Shown: positions 35,978 through 45,656 of the stretch, piece by piece | Layout of the letters: each line of letters begins with the position of its first letter | How positions within the stretch are numbered: the stretch's first letter is position 1 | Assembly: GCF_000737315.1 (NCBI RefSeq) | Contig: NZ_JMCB01000028.1 | Coordinates: 124,001 to 188,000 of the forward strand | Length of the DNA: 64,000 bases | Origin: Hyalangium minutum | GTDB lineage: Bacteria > Myxococcota > Myxococcia > Myxococcales > Myxococcaceae | Reading direction: 5' to 3' | The notes under the pieces: generated by a model | The model's database searches: none | Told to the model about the DNA's origin: nothing | The model's input: only the letters and a program-made list of their open reading frames with translations | Program-made: the position numbers and the translations under genes

Positions 35978-38354
35978 CGGCCCCCGCCTCCTCGGGCGTC
36001 ACTTCCCTCACGTCCACGGGGGGCGCGGGCGGCGGCGGGGGAATGGCGGTGACGGACACCTCCATCTGGGCCTGCCCGTCCTCCTCCGAGCGCGGGAGCG
36101 CGAACCACAGCTCCCGGGCCCCCTGCAGCGTGTAGCGGCCCGGCCTGAGCGCGTACCGGAGCTCTCCGGTGAGCTGGCCGTTCACCTGGATCTTCCCCGT
36201 CTTCGTGGGGACGACCAGGACGGCCACAGCGCTCGAAGGGACGCCCTCCCGGGGCAGGAAATCCACGGCGTACCAGCTCTCGGGGTCGAGCTTCCGGACC
36301 GAGTACCGGTTCTCCAGCGCCACCTGGTGCGCGAAGCGGCGAGACTCCAGCTTGAGGTGCTGCACGGCCTTGGTGGCGTTGTCGCGCACGTGGAGGGTGA
36401 GGTTCCGGTCCACGTTCTTCTCGGAGGTGATGCCCACGAGGACGAAGGCGTGCAGCTTCCGGGCCTTCGGGAGCGCATGCGGCCGAGGCGTGGCCATGAA
36501 GAGCCGCTCCGCGTCGGGGATGCCCTCGCCCTCCAGGAACACGAAGACCTGGACCGAGCGGGCCGAGAACAGGCTCATGCCCTGCCGGAGATCCTGCTCC
36601 GAGATGGGCGCGTCTCCCGTATAGGAGCCGGACATCCAGACGGTGTAGCTCTGCGCCGGATCCAGGGCCTGCTGGAGCGAGCGAGACGTCGTGCTGAAGG
36701 AGTGCCACTTCTCCTCCAGCGTGAAGCGAGCGGGCACCTGCTCCGTGCCAAAGCGCGTGGCAAAGGACTCCCCCACGAGAGACGCCGACTGTGCCACAGC
36801 AGCAGCCACCGGGGTGACAGGAGCCGAGGCCGGCTCTGGAGCCGGAACCGGGGGTGGCGGAATGGGCTCCAACGTCACATCGAGCCGAGTGGCCAGCGCC
36901 CCCGCCTCGAATTGCTGGCTCCACGGCCGCATGCCCTTGAGGCTCAGCTCCACCGTGTGCGGCGCCTTGCGGCCCACGCCCTCGAGCTTCAGAGGCGTGG
37001 TCCCCTTGGGCACGCCATCCACGATGACCTGGGCGCCGAGCGGCGTGGAGAACACCTCCAGTGGCGGAACCCGCGCCTTCCAGAGGAAGCCCAACACCCC
37101 CCCCACCAACGCCACCGCCACCACGCCGACGATCCAGAAGTACCGGGTCTTCAGCCCCGGCAGCCCCACTTGGCCGTTCGCGACGGTCGCGGTGACCACC
37201 GTACCGGTGCCCTCCGCCGTCACCCCTCCGCTCTCTGGCTTCGTCGCGTCGACGGAGGGAACCTCCTCGGGCACGGAAGGCCCCCCGTCCGCCGAAGCCT
37301 GCTCGGGCGCCGGCTCCTCCAGCGCTCGCCAGCGCTGCGTGGCGCTCCACCGGGACATCTGCTCACGGAAGCGCTCGGCCACCTGCGGGGGGCGTCCCAG
37401 CGCGGTGAGCTCGGCCTCGTACAGCACGCCCATCATGTGCTTCAGGGTGTGGGCCGGGAAATGCGGCGCCTTGGTGGCCATCCAGTGGGAGAGCTGGTGC
37501 TGCAGGGCCTCGGCGCTGGGGATGCGGTCGTCCCGCTTGAACGCCATGGCCTCCTCGAGGATGTCCACCAGCGTCGGGTCCAGGTCCGGGTTGAGCTGCA
37601 GCGCTGGGGTGAGCCGCCCCTGGACGATGCGCTGCATCACCGCGATCTCGGGCCCCTCCACCGGAAGGCGGCCACAGAGCATCTTGAAGAGCACCACCCC
37701 CACCGCATACACGTCCGAGCGCGCATCGAGCTGCTCGCCCATCGCCTGCTCTGGCGAGAAGTAGAGGTACTTGCCCTTCACCATCCCCGCCTCGGTCTCC
37801 GGGCGCCCGGCCAGCTTCGCCTTGGCCACGCCGAAGTCGGAGATCTTCACCTGGCCGTCGTAGCTGATGAGGACGTTGTCCGGAGAGATGTCGCGGTGGA
37901 CCAGCCCCAGCGGCCTCCCATTCTCATCCGCGCGCGTGTGGGCGTGGTGCAGGCCCTTGCACATCTCGATGGCGATGTTGACCGCCAGCGGTGCGGGCAG
38001 CTTGGACAGGTTCATCGCCTGGGCCTTCTTCAGCACCCGCGACAGCGGCTGGCCCTCCACCAGCTCCATGGCCAGGAAGTACTCACCATTGACCTGACCG
38101 AAGTCGAAGACCTGGACGATGTTGCCGTGGTTGAGCCCCACCGAGATGCGGGCCTCGTGGATGAACAGCTCCACGAAGGCGGGGTTCTCGGCGTAGACGT
38201 CCAGCACCTTCTTGATGACGACGGGCTTGGTGATGCCGGGCGCGGCCGTGTAGCGCGCACGGTACACAATGGCCATTCCCCCCATGCCGAGGCGCTCGAG
38301 CAGCTCGTACTTGCCGAAGGGGGTGACGGGAGTGTCGTTCAAGCCGGAGGCCAT
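35949..38354 (-). CDS. Membrane Ser/Thr protein kinase with PEGA domain
   Basis: LGMGGMAIVYRA, VIKK, HRDISPDN, DFG, YFSPEQ; TM; PEGA VFSTPLGAQVIVDG. Confidence 0.93.
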   Translation of the reverse strand: MASGLNDTPVTPFGKYELLERLGMGGMAIVYRARYTAAPGITKPVVIKKVLDVYAENPAFVELFIHEARISVGLNHGNIVQVFDFGQVNGEYFLAMELVEGQPLSRVLKKAQAMNLSKLPAPLAVNIAIEMCKGLHHAHTRADENGRPLGLVHRDISPDNVLISYDGQVKISDFGVAKAKLAGRPETEAGMVKGKYLYFSPEQAMGEQLDARSDVYAVGVVLFKMLCGRLPVEGPEIAVMQRIVQGRLTPALQLNPDLDPTLVDILEEAMAFKRDDRIPSAEALQHQLSHWMATKAPHFPAHTLKHMMGVLYEAELTALGRPPQVAERFREQMSRWSATQRWRALEEPAPEQASADGGPSVPEEVPSVDATKPESGGVTAEGTGTVVTATVANGQVGLPGLKTRYFWIVGVVAVALVGGVLGFLWKARVPPLEVFSTPLGAQVIVDGVPKGTTPLKLEGVGRKAPHTVELSLKGMRPWSQQFEAGALATRLDVTLEPIPPPPVPAPEPASAPVTPVAAAVAQSASLVGESFATRFGTEQVPARFTLEEKWHSFSTTSRSLQQALDPAQSYTVWMSGSYTGDAPISEQDLRQGMSLFSARSVQVFVFLEGEGIPDAERLFMATPRPHALPKARKLHAFVLVGITSEKNVDRNLTLHVRDNATKAVQHLKLESRRFAHQVALENRYSVRKLDPESWYAVDFLPREGVPSSAVAVLVVPTKTGKIQVNGQLTGELRYALRPGRYTLQGARELWFALPRSEEDGQAQMEVSVTAIPPPPPAPPVDVREVTPEEAGAVIEEMGPGH

Positions 38355-38405
38355 TCTAGCAACGCTGGAAGCGGGACGTCCCGCTCCCTTCCCTCCGGGT
38401 TGGGT

Positions 38406-38936
38406 TTACACAGGATCCTGGATAAGCCGCAGGTGCGCGTGCAACGTGTCCGTGTGCAGGTAGAGGAACTGCGCATCGCCGAACGAGAGCGCGTCCCCGT
38501 CTCGCAGCTGGTGGTCCTGGTGGGGCGCGAGCAGCACGGCGTTGACGAAGGTGCCATTCATGGAGCCCGCGTCCCGCACCAGGCACCCGCCCAGCGACTC
38601 GCTCCAGCGCAGCCGGGCGTGGAGCTTGGAGACGGACGGGTCCTTCACCATGAGCATGCAGGTGTCCATCCGCCCCACGGTGAACTCCTCGCCGTCCACG
38701 CGGGGCTGGAGCAGGTGCACCTCCAGGTGCTGGAAGCCCTGCAGCATCGTCAGGAGGCGCTCGGCCAGCCGGGTGCGGCTCACCATCATCACCGTGCGGG
38801 CCTGCTCCAGCTGCAGCGCCACCTGCTGGAGCACGGGCTCCGGCGGCTGCTGGATGAGCGCCACCGGGCCAGAAGCGGCCCGAAAGGCCTCCAGGGGGGC
38901 CTCGGCAAAGGGACGGAGCTGCTGCACGGACGGCAT
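38406..38936 (-). CDS. FHA-domain protein
   Basis: FTVGR, SVSKLHA, DAGSMNGTFVN, LRDGDALSFG. Confidence 0.9.
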   Translation of the reverse strand: MPSVQQLRPFAEAPLEAFRAASGPVALIQQPPEPVLQQVALQLEQARTVMMVSRTRLAERLLTMLQGFQHLEVHLLQPRVDGEEFTVGRMDTCMLMVKDPSVSKLHARLRWSESLGGCLVRDAGSMNGTFVNAVLLAPHQDHQLRDGDALSFGDAQFLYLHTDTLHAHLRLIQDPV

Positions 38937-39032
38937 ACTTTCCCCAGGTTACTCCGCTGGAAGGCGCCTGCCCACCCCCATGGGTCGGGTAAGGTTTCTC
39001 CCATCCGGCACGACACGCCGGGGGAGGGATTC

Positions 39033-40517
<1,485 letters not shown>

Positions 40518-40586
40518 GCCGAATCGGGGTATGAATCTCCCGCTGCCGCCCCGTCCCGGGCCGGAGGGGCGGCCGAGGAGTCCTCC

Positions 40587-41927
40587 ATGCTGAAGACCTG
40601 CCGCTTCCTCCTCCTCCTGGGAGTCCTGTGGGGGCTCACCGGGTGCCCGGACACCCCGTGCTTCGACGGCGGGGTCGGCGTCTTCCCGGGTGCGCAGCCC
40701 GGGGTCATCCTGGTGGGCGAGCCGGCGCGCCTGGAGGTCGCTCCCTCGGCGGTGAGCGCCTGTGGCCAACAGTTCGACACGACCCCCGAATCCCTCACAG
40801 TGGAGGTCTACGGCCCGGACAACCAGCCCGTGGCGAGCCAGGCCACGCTCGGCAATCCCACCTCGGCGCTGGCCATCGTGAAGTTCACCCCGGACAAGCC
40901 GGGCCGCTACCACGTCTTCGCCGCGTTCGATCCGGTGGGCGGCATCCAGCAGATGGACCTCTACGCCGCGAGGAACCGCTCCGCCGAGGCTCCCCTCTTC
41001 AACCTGCCCTCGCTGTGCACCTCGCTGGAGCGCACCCAGCGCGGCGGGTGGCTGTGTGATCTGCAGTTCCTCCGGGACGGCAAGCTGGTGAAGGGCTTCA
41101 CCAGCGGGCGGCTGGCCGTGGCCGGGGATGTGGTGTGGGTGGCCTCCAGCGCGCAGGTGCAGCGCTACGTGGACACCGGGACGGAGCTGCTGCTGACGGC
41201 CAGCCGGAGCACCAACGTGAGCAGCGCCGAGTTCCTCCTGGCCACGGAGAACGAGCTGCTGATGCTGAGCAGCTCCGCGCTCGACCGCTTCGTCTATGAC
41301 GGGACGCAGACGCTGAGCTTCCCGAGCTCGGTGCAGGTGCCCGTCACGTCCGAGAGAGTGGGCACCACGGGCCTGAGCGGCCTGCTGGTCCGCTCGGGAG
41401 ACCGGTTGGGCCTCGTCACCCACGCGCCACCGAGCGGAGGCGTGCAGCCGTTCAACTCCTTCACCACCCAGGTCTGCTCCTACCGGCTCGAAGGGGAGCG
41501 CATCGTGCGCACGGCCGATCCATGCCAGACGTTCACCGGCAAGGTGGTGGGCTACGAGCCGGGCGTCCTCTGGGTCGGGACGCCGCTCTCCTTCGGCGAG
41601 CAGTTCTCGGATCTGCGCCGGCTGGAGTGGACGGCGGCGGGCATTGCGGAGCAGGCCTCGCTGCCGCTGGGACAGAACTTCCAGCTGTCGCCTCAGCCGT
41701 TCAGCCCGCGCAACTGGGTGGTGCCCGTCGTCATGTCGCCGGTCTCCACGGTGGGCTTTGCCAACCGCGTGACCGTGGCGGTGTACTCGCCGGAGCGGCG
41801 CTCCATCCTCCTGGAGATGCTGGACACCGAGCTGACCAACCCCAGCGCCTCGGGGAGCCTGCTGTGGACAGGGCCCTCCTCGGGACCGTTGACGCCCCGA
41901 GTCCGCGTCCGGCCGACGACACCGTGA
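40587..41927 (+). CDS. Hypothetical lipoprotein (beta-rich)
   Basis: Lipobox GLTGC; GAGGAG RBS; no family motif recognised. Confidence 0.65.
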   Translation: MLKTCRFLLLLGVLWGLTGCPDTPCFDGGVGVFPGAQPGVILVGEPARLEVAPSAVSACGQQFDTTPESLTVEVYGPDNQPVASQATLGNPTSALAIVKFTPDKPGRYHVFAAFDPVGGIQQMDLYAARNRSAEAPLFNLPSLCTSLERTQRGGWLCDLQFLRDGKLVKGFTSGRLAVAGDVVWVASSAQVQRYVDTGTELLLTASRSTNVSSAEFLLATENELLMLSSSALDRFVYDGTQTLSFPSSVQVPVTSERVGTTGLSGLLVRSGDRLGLVTHAPPSGGVQPFNSFTTQVCSYRLEGERIVRTADPCQTFTGKVVGYEPGVLWVGTPLSFGEQFSDLRRLEWTAAGIAEQASLPLGQNFQLSPQPFSPRNWVVPVVMSPVSTVGFANRVTVAVYSPERRSILLEMLDTELTNPSASGSLLWTGPSSGPLTPRVRVRPTTP

Positions 41928-41982
41928 CGGAGCGGGTGTGTTCCCTGCTCCTTTCCGAGCCGCACGGAGGTAGAAAGGCGCC

Positions 41983-42300
41983 ATGGCCTACGACCGCACG
42001 CTGCTCACCGCCGAGGCGCTGCAGACCTTCCTCACCCAGCACCCGGGCTGGAAGCACGAGGGAGGGATGATCCGCCGCACCTACGAGGCGCCCACCTTCC
42101 TGGCGGGCATCGCCTTCGTGAACAAGGTGGCCCAGGCCGCGGAGGCGGCGGACCACCACCCGGACATCGACATCCGCTGGCGCAAGGTGACGCTGGCGCT
42201 CGTCACGCATGATGCGGGAGGCCTGACGTGGAGGGACACGAAGCTGGCGGAGGCGGCGGACGGTCTCTTCGCCGAGGTGACGGCTTCAACCCCCGCGTAG
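41983..42300 (+). CDS. phhB: Pterin-4-alpha-carbinolamine dehydratase
   Basis: AEAADHHPDIDIRW, LVTHDAGGLT..D. Confidence 0.92.
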   Translation: MAYDRTLLTAEALQTFLTQHPGWKHEGGMIRRTYEAPTFLAGIAFVNKVAQAAEAADHHPDIDIRWRKVTLALVTHDAGGLTWRDTKLAEAADGLFAEVTASTPA

Positions 42301-42311
42301 AGCCGTCTCTC

Positions 42312-43550
42312 ATGCGCACTTTGGCCCTGCTGTCGTTCACCGCTGTGCTGGCCCTGGCGCCCCGAGCCTGGGGCCAGGAGGAGGAGCCCCCGGTAGAGCC
42401 CCGGCAGGAGCGGCTGTACGTGAACTCGGGGGTGCTGCAGGGCTCCACGCGCATGGTGGGCATGGGCGGGGCGTACGCGGGCATCGCCGAGGGAACGGCG
42501 GGCTTCGCGAGCAACCTGGCCGCGCTGGCGCACCGGGGGCCGCAGCTGGATCGGGACTGGGACGTGGGGGTGACGCTGTCGTGGTTGGACGTGCCGCTGT
42601 CGAAGCGGCGCGGGCAGGACCTGGACAACGATGGGCTGCCGGATGAGGCGCCCGGCAGCTCGCAGCTGCTGTTCGGCCTGCTGCTGCAATACAAGGAATA
42701 CGGCCTGGGCACATTCCTGCGGAGGCGCACGGTGAACTACTGCGCCACGGAGGCGTGCTTGGAGAACGACACCATCAGCGTGGAGGTGACACAGTCGGCG
42801 CTGGCGGGGGCGCTGGCGCTGGGGCAGGACGAGTTCATCGTCTCGCTGGGCATCTACACGGCGCTGGCGGCGCTGAGCCAGGGCAAGGAGAAGTGGGAGT
42901 ACGGGGGCACGGGCATCTCGCTGGACCTGCTCTTCCGGCCGCAGGGGAGGCCCTACCGGGTGGGGATTGCCGTGCGGCCGCAGGTGGTGGGCGGCTGGAG
43001 GCAGAAGGAGGGCCAGGAGCCAGTGCTGGCGGGGCGGCCCATCTACTCGGCGGTGGTGGCTCCGGCGACGCTGTCGCTGGGGGTGAGCTATCGCTTCGGA
43101 GAGGGGGCGGAGCGCTACAACCGGCTGTCTCCGGCGGCGCGGCGGCAGCTCATCGCAGCGGGGGCGCATTATGTGCCCGCCGAGGAGTCACCGGACGCGC
43201 CTGCGGGGAACTTCCTGGTGTCGGCGCAGGTGGATTTGATCTCGAGTGTGGAGAACGGGGTGGCCCTGCGCTCGGTGACGGCGTTCGGAGAGCCGGAGCC
43301 GGTGGGACGCACGACGCTGTTCCAGCCGCACCTGGGAGCCGAGCACGACTCGTGGCCGGGCCGGGTGCGCACGCGGCTGGGGATCTTCGTGGAGCCCTCG
43401 GCCTTCAATGGACAGGTGCCCCGGCCACACCTCACGGGCGGGTTCGAGGTGTTCCTGTTCCGGTACTGGGAAGACTGGGCGGTGAGTGCCTCGTTCGATT
43501 TGGCGCGGCGCTACTCGAACGTGGGCTTCTCCTTGGGGTTCTGGCGGTAG
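42312..43550 (+). CDS. Outer-membrane beta-barrel protein, FadL/PorV-like N-terminus
   Basis: Signal peptide; RMVGMGGAYAGIAEG..SNLAAL; C-terminal VGFSLGFWR. Confidence 0.6.
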   Translation: MRTLALLSFTAVLALAPRAWGQEEEPPVEPRQERLYVNSGVLQGSTRMVGMGGAYAGIAEGTAGFASNLAALAHRGPQLDRDWDVGVTLSWLDVPLSKRRGQDLDNDGLPDEAPGSSQLLFGLLLQYKEYGLGTFLRRRTVNYCATEACLENDTISVEVTQSALAGALALGQDEFIVSLGIYTALAALSQGKEKWEYGGTGISLDLLFRPQGRPYRVGIAVRPQVVGGWRQKEGQEPVLAGRPIYSAVVAPATLSLGVSYRFGEGAERYNRLSPAARRQLIAAGAHYVPAEESPDAPAGNFLVSAQVDLISSVENGVALRSVTAFGEPEPVGRTTLFQPHLGAEHDSWPGRVRTRLGIFVEPSAFNGQVPRPHLTGGFEVFLFRYWEDWAVSASFDLARRYSNVGFSLGFWR

Positions 43551-43576
43551 ACCTGAGCGTTACTGCGCCGAGTGGT

Positions 43577-44587
43577 TCACCCGTTCTGCTCAAGCTCCTC
43601 AAGGCCTGGTAGGTCCGAGAGGCGAGTGGCCTTCAGAGCCCTCTCGAACCATAGGTCCAAGGTCGCCAAGTCCCTGCAGGCCAGGATTCTCTGGCGGGTG
43701 CCTTCGTCCAAGGCAATGCCTCGTGAGGTCAGGATCCGCAGCAGGTACGCCGAGCGCCCTTGAGCTTCCCCTTCGGCCACTCCTTTGACGCGTGCTTCTT
43801 CGAGGGCCGGTGTTTTAAAGGGCATCTTCGTTTCCTCCGCTCGCTGTTCCTTGCTCATTGAATCTAACACGCTCCACAGAGCGTCCAGGGCTCCCTCGGC
43901 CCCTACCCTGTGCAGGTAATGTGCTGCAGCGCGCAGACCTTCCTGCCCTTCCGGAGAGACCAACACTTCCGCCAACACCGGGCGCCAGTTCTCCAGCAGC
44001 AAGGCCAATTGTTCAGAGGCGCCCGAGCGCAGCAGCAGCCACGTCAGCACCACCACCGGTGGAGCAGCCCGAGCTCGCAAGGCCTCCTCCCTCTCAGCCG
44101 TCAAGTTGTCCAGCCGGTACTCGAAGCGCGGCACCAATTCGCGCCAGATCTCCGAAGCCTCACTGGGCAATTGGAACAACTCCTCCATTCGCCGCGCCGC
44201 CGTCCACCGTCCCTCCGACCCGTGGTACATGACGACAGGCAAGATGACCGGCAGCGTGTCGCTCTCCGGGTGCTCCTGAAGCCAACGCTCCAGCTGCCGC
44301 ATCACGTACCGCAGCATTCGGAACGCCATCCACTTGTCCACGGACGACTGGTGCTCCAGCAACAGATAGAGCAGCAGCGGCTCTCCCCCATGCAGCCGCG
44401 CTGAGAACAGCAGATCGCTCTGGCGCTCCCGCAGCTCCGCGTCCACCACGCTCCCTGACTCGCGATGCAGGCTGCTCCAGTCCACTTGCGCCACCACCTC
44501 CGGTGGCAACACCGCGCGCAACTCCGCCGCCGCCCGCTCTGGGTGGTCGAAGGTGTAGCGCACCAACAAGTCATGAGGGCCCGGCAT
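43577..44587 (-). CDS. Rpn (YhgA/Transposase_31) family PD-(D/E)XK nuclease
   Basis: HDLLVRYTF, ERQSDLLFS, YLLLEHQSSVDKWMAFRMLRY, LPVILPVVMYHG; DUF4351-like C-terminus. Confidence 0.92.
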   Translation of the reverse strand: MPGPHDLLVRYTFDHPERAAAELRAVLPPEVVAQVDWSSLHRESGSVVDAELRERQSDLLFSARLHGGEPLLLYLLLEHQSSVDKWMAFRMLRYVMRQLERWLQEHPESDTLPVILPVVMYHGSEGRWTAARRMEELFQLPSEASEIWRELVPRFEYRLDNLTAEREEALRARAAPPVVVLTWLLLRSGASEQLALLLENWRPVLAEVLVSPEGQEGLRAAAHYLHRVGAEGALDALWSVLDSMSKEQRAEETKMPFKTPALEEARVKGVAEGEAQGRSAYLLRILTSRGIALDEGTRQRILACRDLATLDLWFERALKATRLSDLPGLEELEQNG

Positions 44588-44783
44588 GCAGGGCACGACT
44601 CAGCACGTCGTGTGCCAGCGTCACGACGCTCCAAGTCCCCGTACTGCCAAGCGCACGAGGAGGTCGTCCGTGACTCCATCGCAGATTCGCGTCTCTCCCC
44701 GTGGACGGTGAATCCACCGAGGTGGACGGTGGCCGGTTCATGCTGACGGCGGGAACGGGATCCTGGGAGACTCGTGGCCTCAC

Positions 44784-45656
44784 ATGAGGACGACCCTCTT
44801 CACGGTCTTGGCGCTCTTAGGGTTCGCGGCCAACTCGCTGCTGTGCCGGGCCGCGCTGGCCGGTGGCGGGCGCTTCATCGACGCGGCGAGCTTCACTGGA
44901 GTGCGGCTGGTGTCCGGTGCCCTCATGCTGGGCCTCCTGCTGCGGTTGCGCGGAGGGCGCTATCAGGGCGGCTCGTGGGGCTCGGCCCTGGCGCTGTTCA
45001 CCTACGCTGCGGGCTTCTCTCTCGCGTACATGCGCATCCCCGCGGGCGTGGGCGCCCTGCTTCTCTTCGGGTGCGTGCAGGCGACGATGCTCGGCACGGG
45101 GCTCGTGCGGGGCGAACGCCCGAGACCCCTCGAGTGGGCAGGGCTGCTGCTGGCGCTCGGTGGGCTCGTGGGACTGGCGGCTCCCGGTGCCACGGCTCCG
45201 GACTTCGTAGGCGCGGCGTTGATGGCCGGAGCCGGAGTCGCCTGGGGCGTGTACTCACTGCGAGGGCGCGGAAGCACCCACCCGCTCGCGGCCACGGCCC
45301 AGAACTTCCTGCTCAGTGTTCCCCTGGCCCTGGCACTGTCAGCTGTGAGCACCGCACTTCAGAGCGCACCGCATGCCACCCCTCGGGGCGTGGTGCTCGC
45401 CATCGCCTCGGGAGCGCTCGCGTCGGGCGTGGGCTACAGCCTGTGGTACGCGGCGCTACCGCACCTCACGGCGACCCGAGCCGCCATTATCCAGCTCTCG
45501 GTGCCTGTGCTCGCGGCCACGGGCGGAGTGTTGCTGCTCGGCGAGCAGTTGACGGTACGGCTTGTGGGTGCAGGGACAGCGCTGCTGTGCGGCGTACTCC
45601 TGGCCCTGGCCGCGCGCTGGCGCAAATCCATAGAGACCGCGAAGGGGCACCGATGA
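44784..45656 (+). CDS. DMT/EamA family transporter
   Basis: Ten hydrophobic segments in two EamA halves; GFAANSLLCR, ASGVGYSLWY, IQLSVPV. Confidence 0.88.
   Translation: MRTTLFTVLALLGFAANSLLCRAALAGGGRFIDAASFTGVRLVSGALMLGLLLRLRGGRYQGGSWGSALALFTYAAGFSLAYMRIPAGVGALLLFGCVQATMLGTGLVRGERPRPLEWAGLLLALGGLVGLAAPGATAPDFVGAALMAGAGVAWGVYSLRGRGSTHPLAATAQNFLLSVPLALALSAVSTALQSAPHATPRGVVLAIASGALASGVGYSLWYAALPHLTATRAAIIQLSVPVLAATGGVLLLGEQLTVRLVGAGTALLCGVLLALAARWRKSIETAKGHR

Noticed and set aside
35949-38936. FHA + Ser/Thr kinase pair as a novel system
   Set aside because: Canonical motifs and a very common arrangement in myxobacteria.
43577-44587. Rpn gene as an IS element
   Set aside because: No terminal inverted repeats or target duplication seen; the 'Transposase_31' label is historical and Rpn proteins are not shown to transpose.
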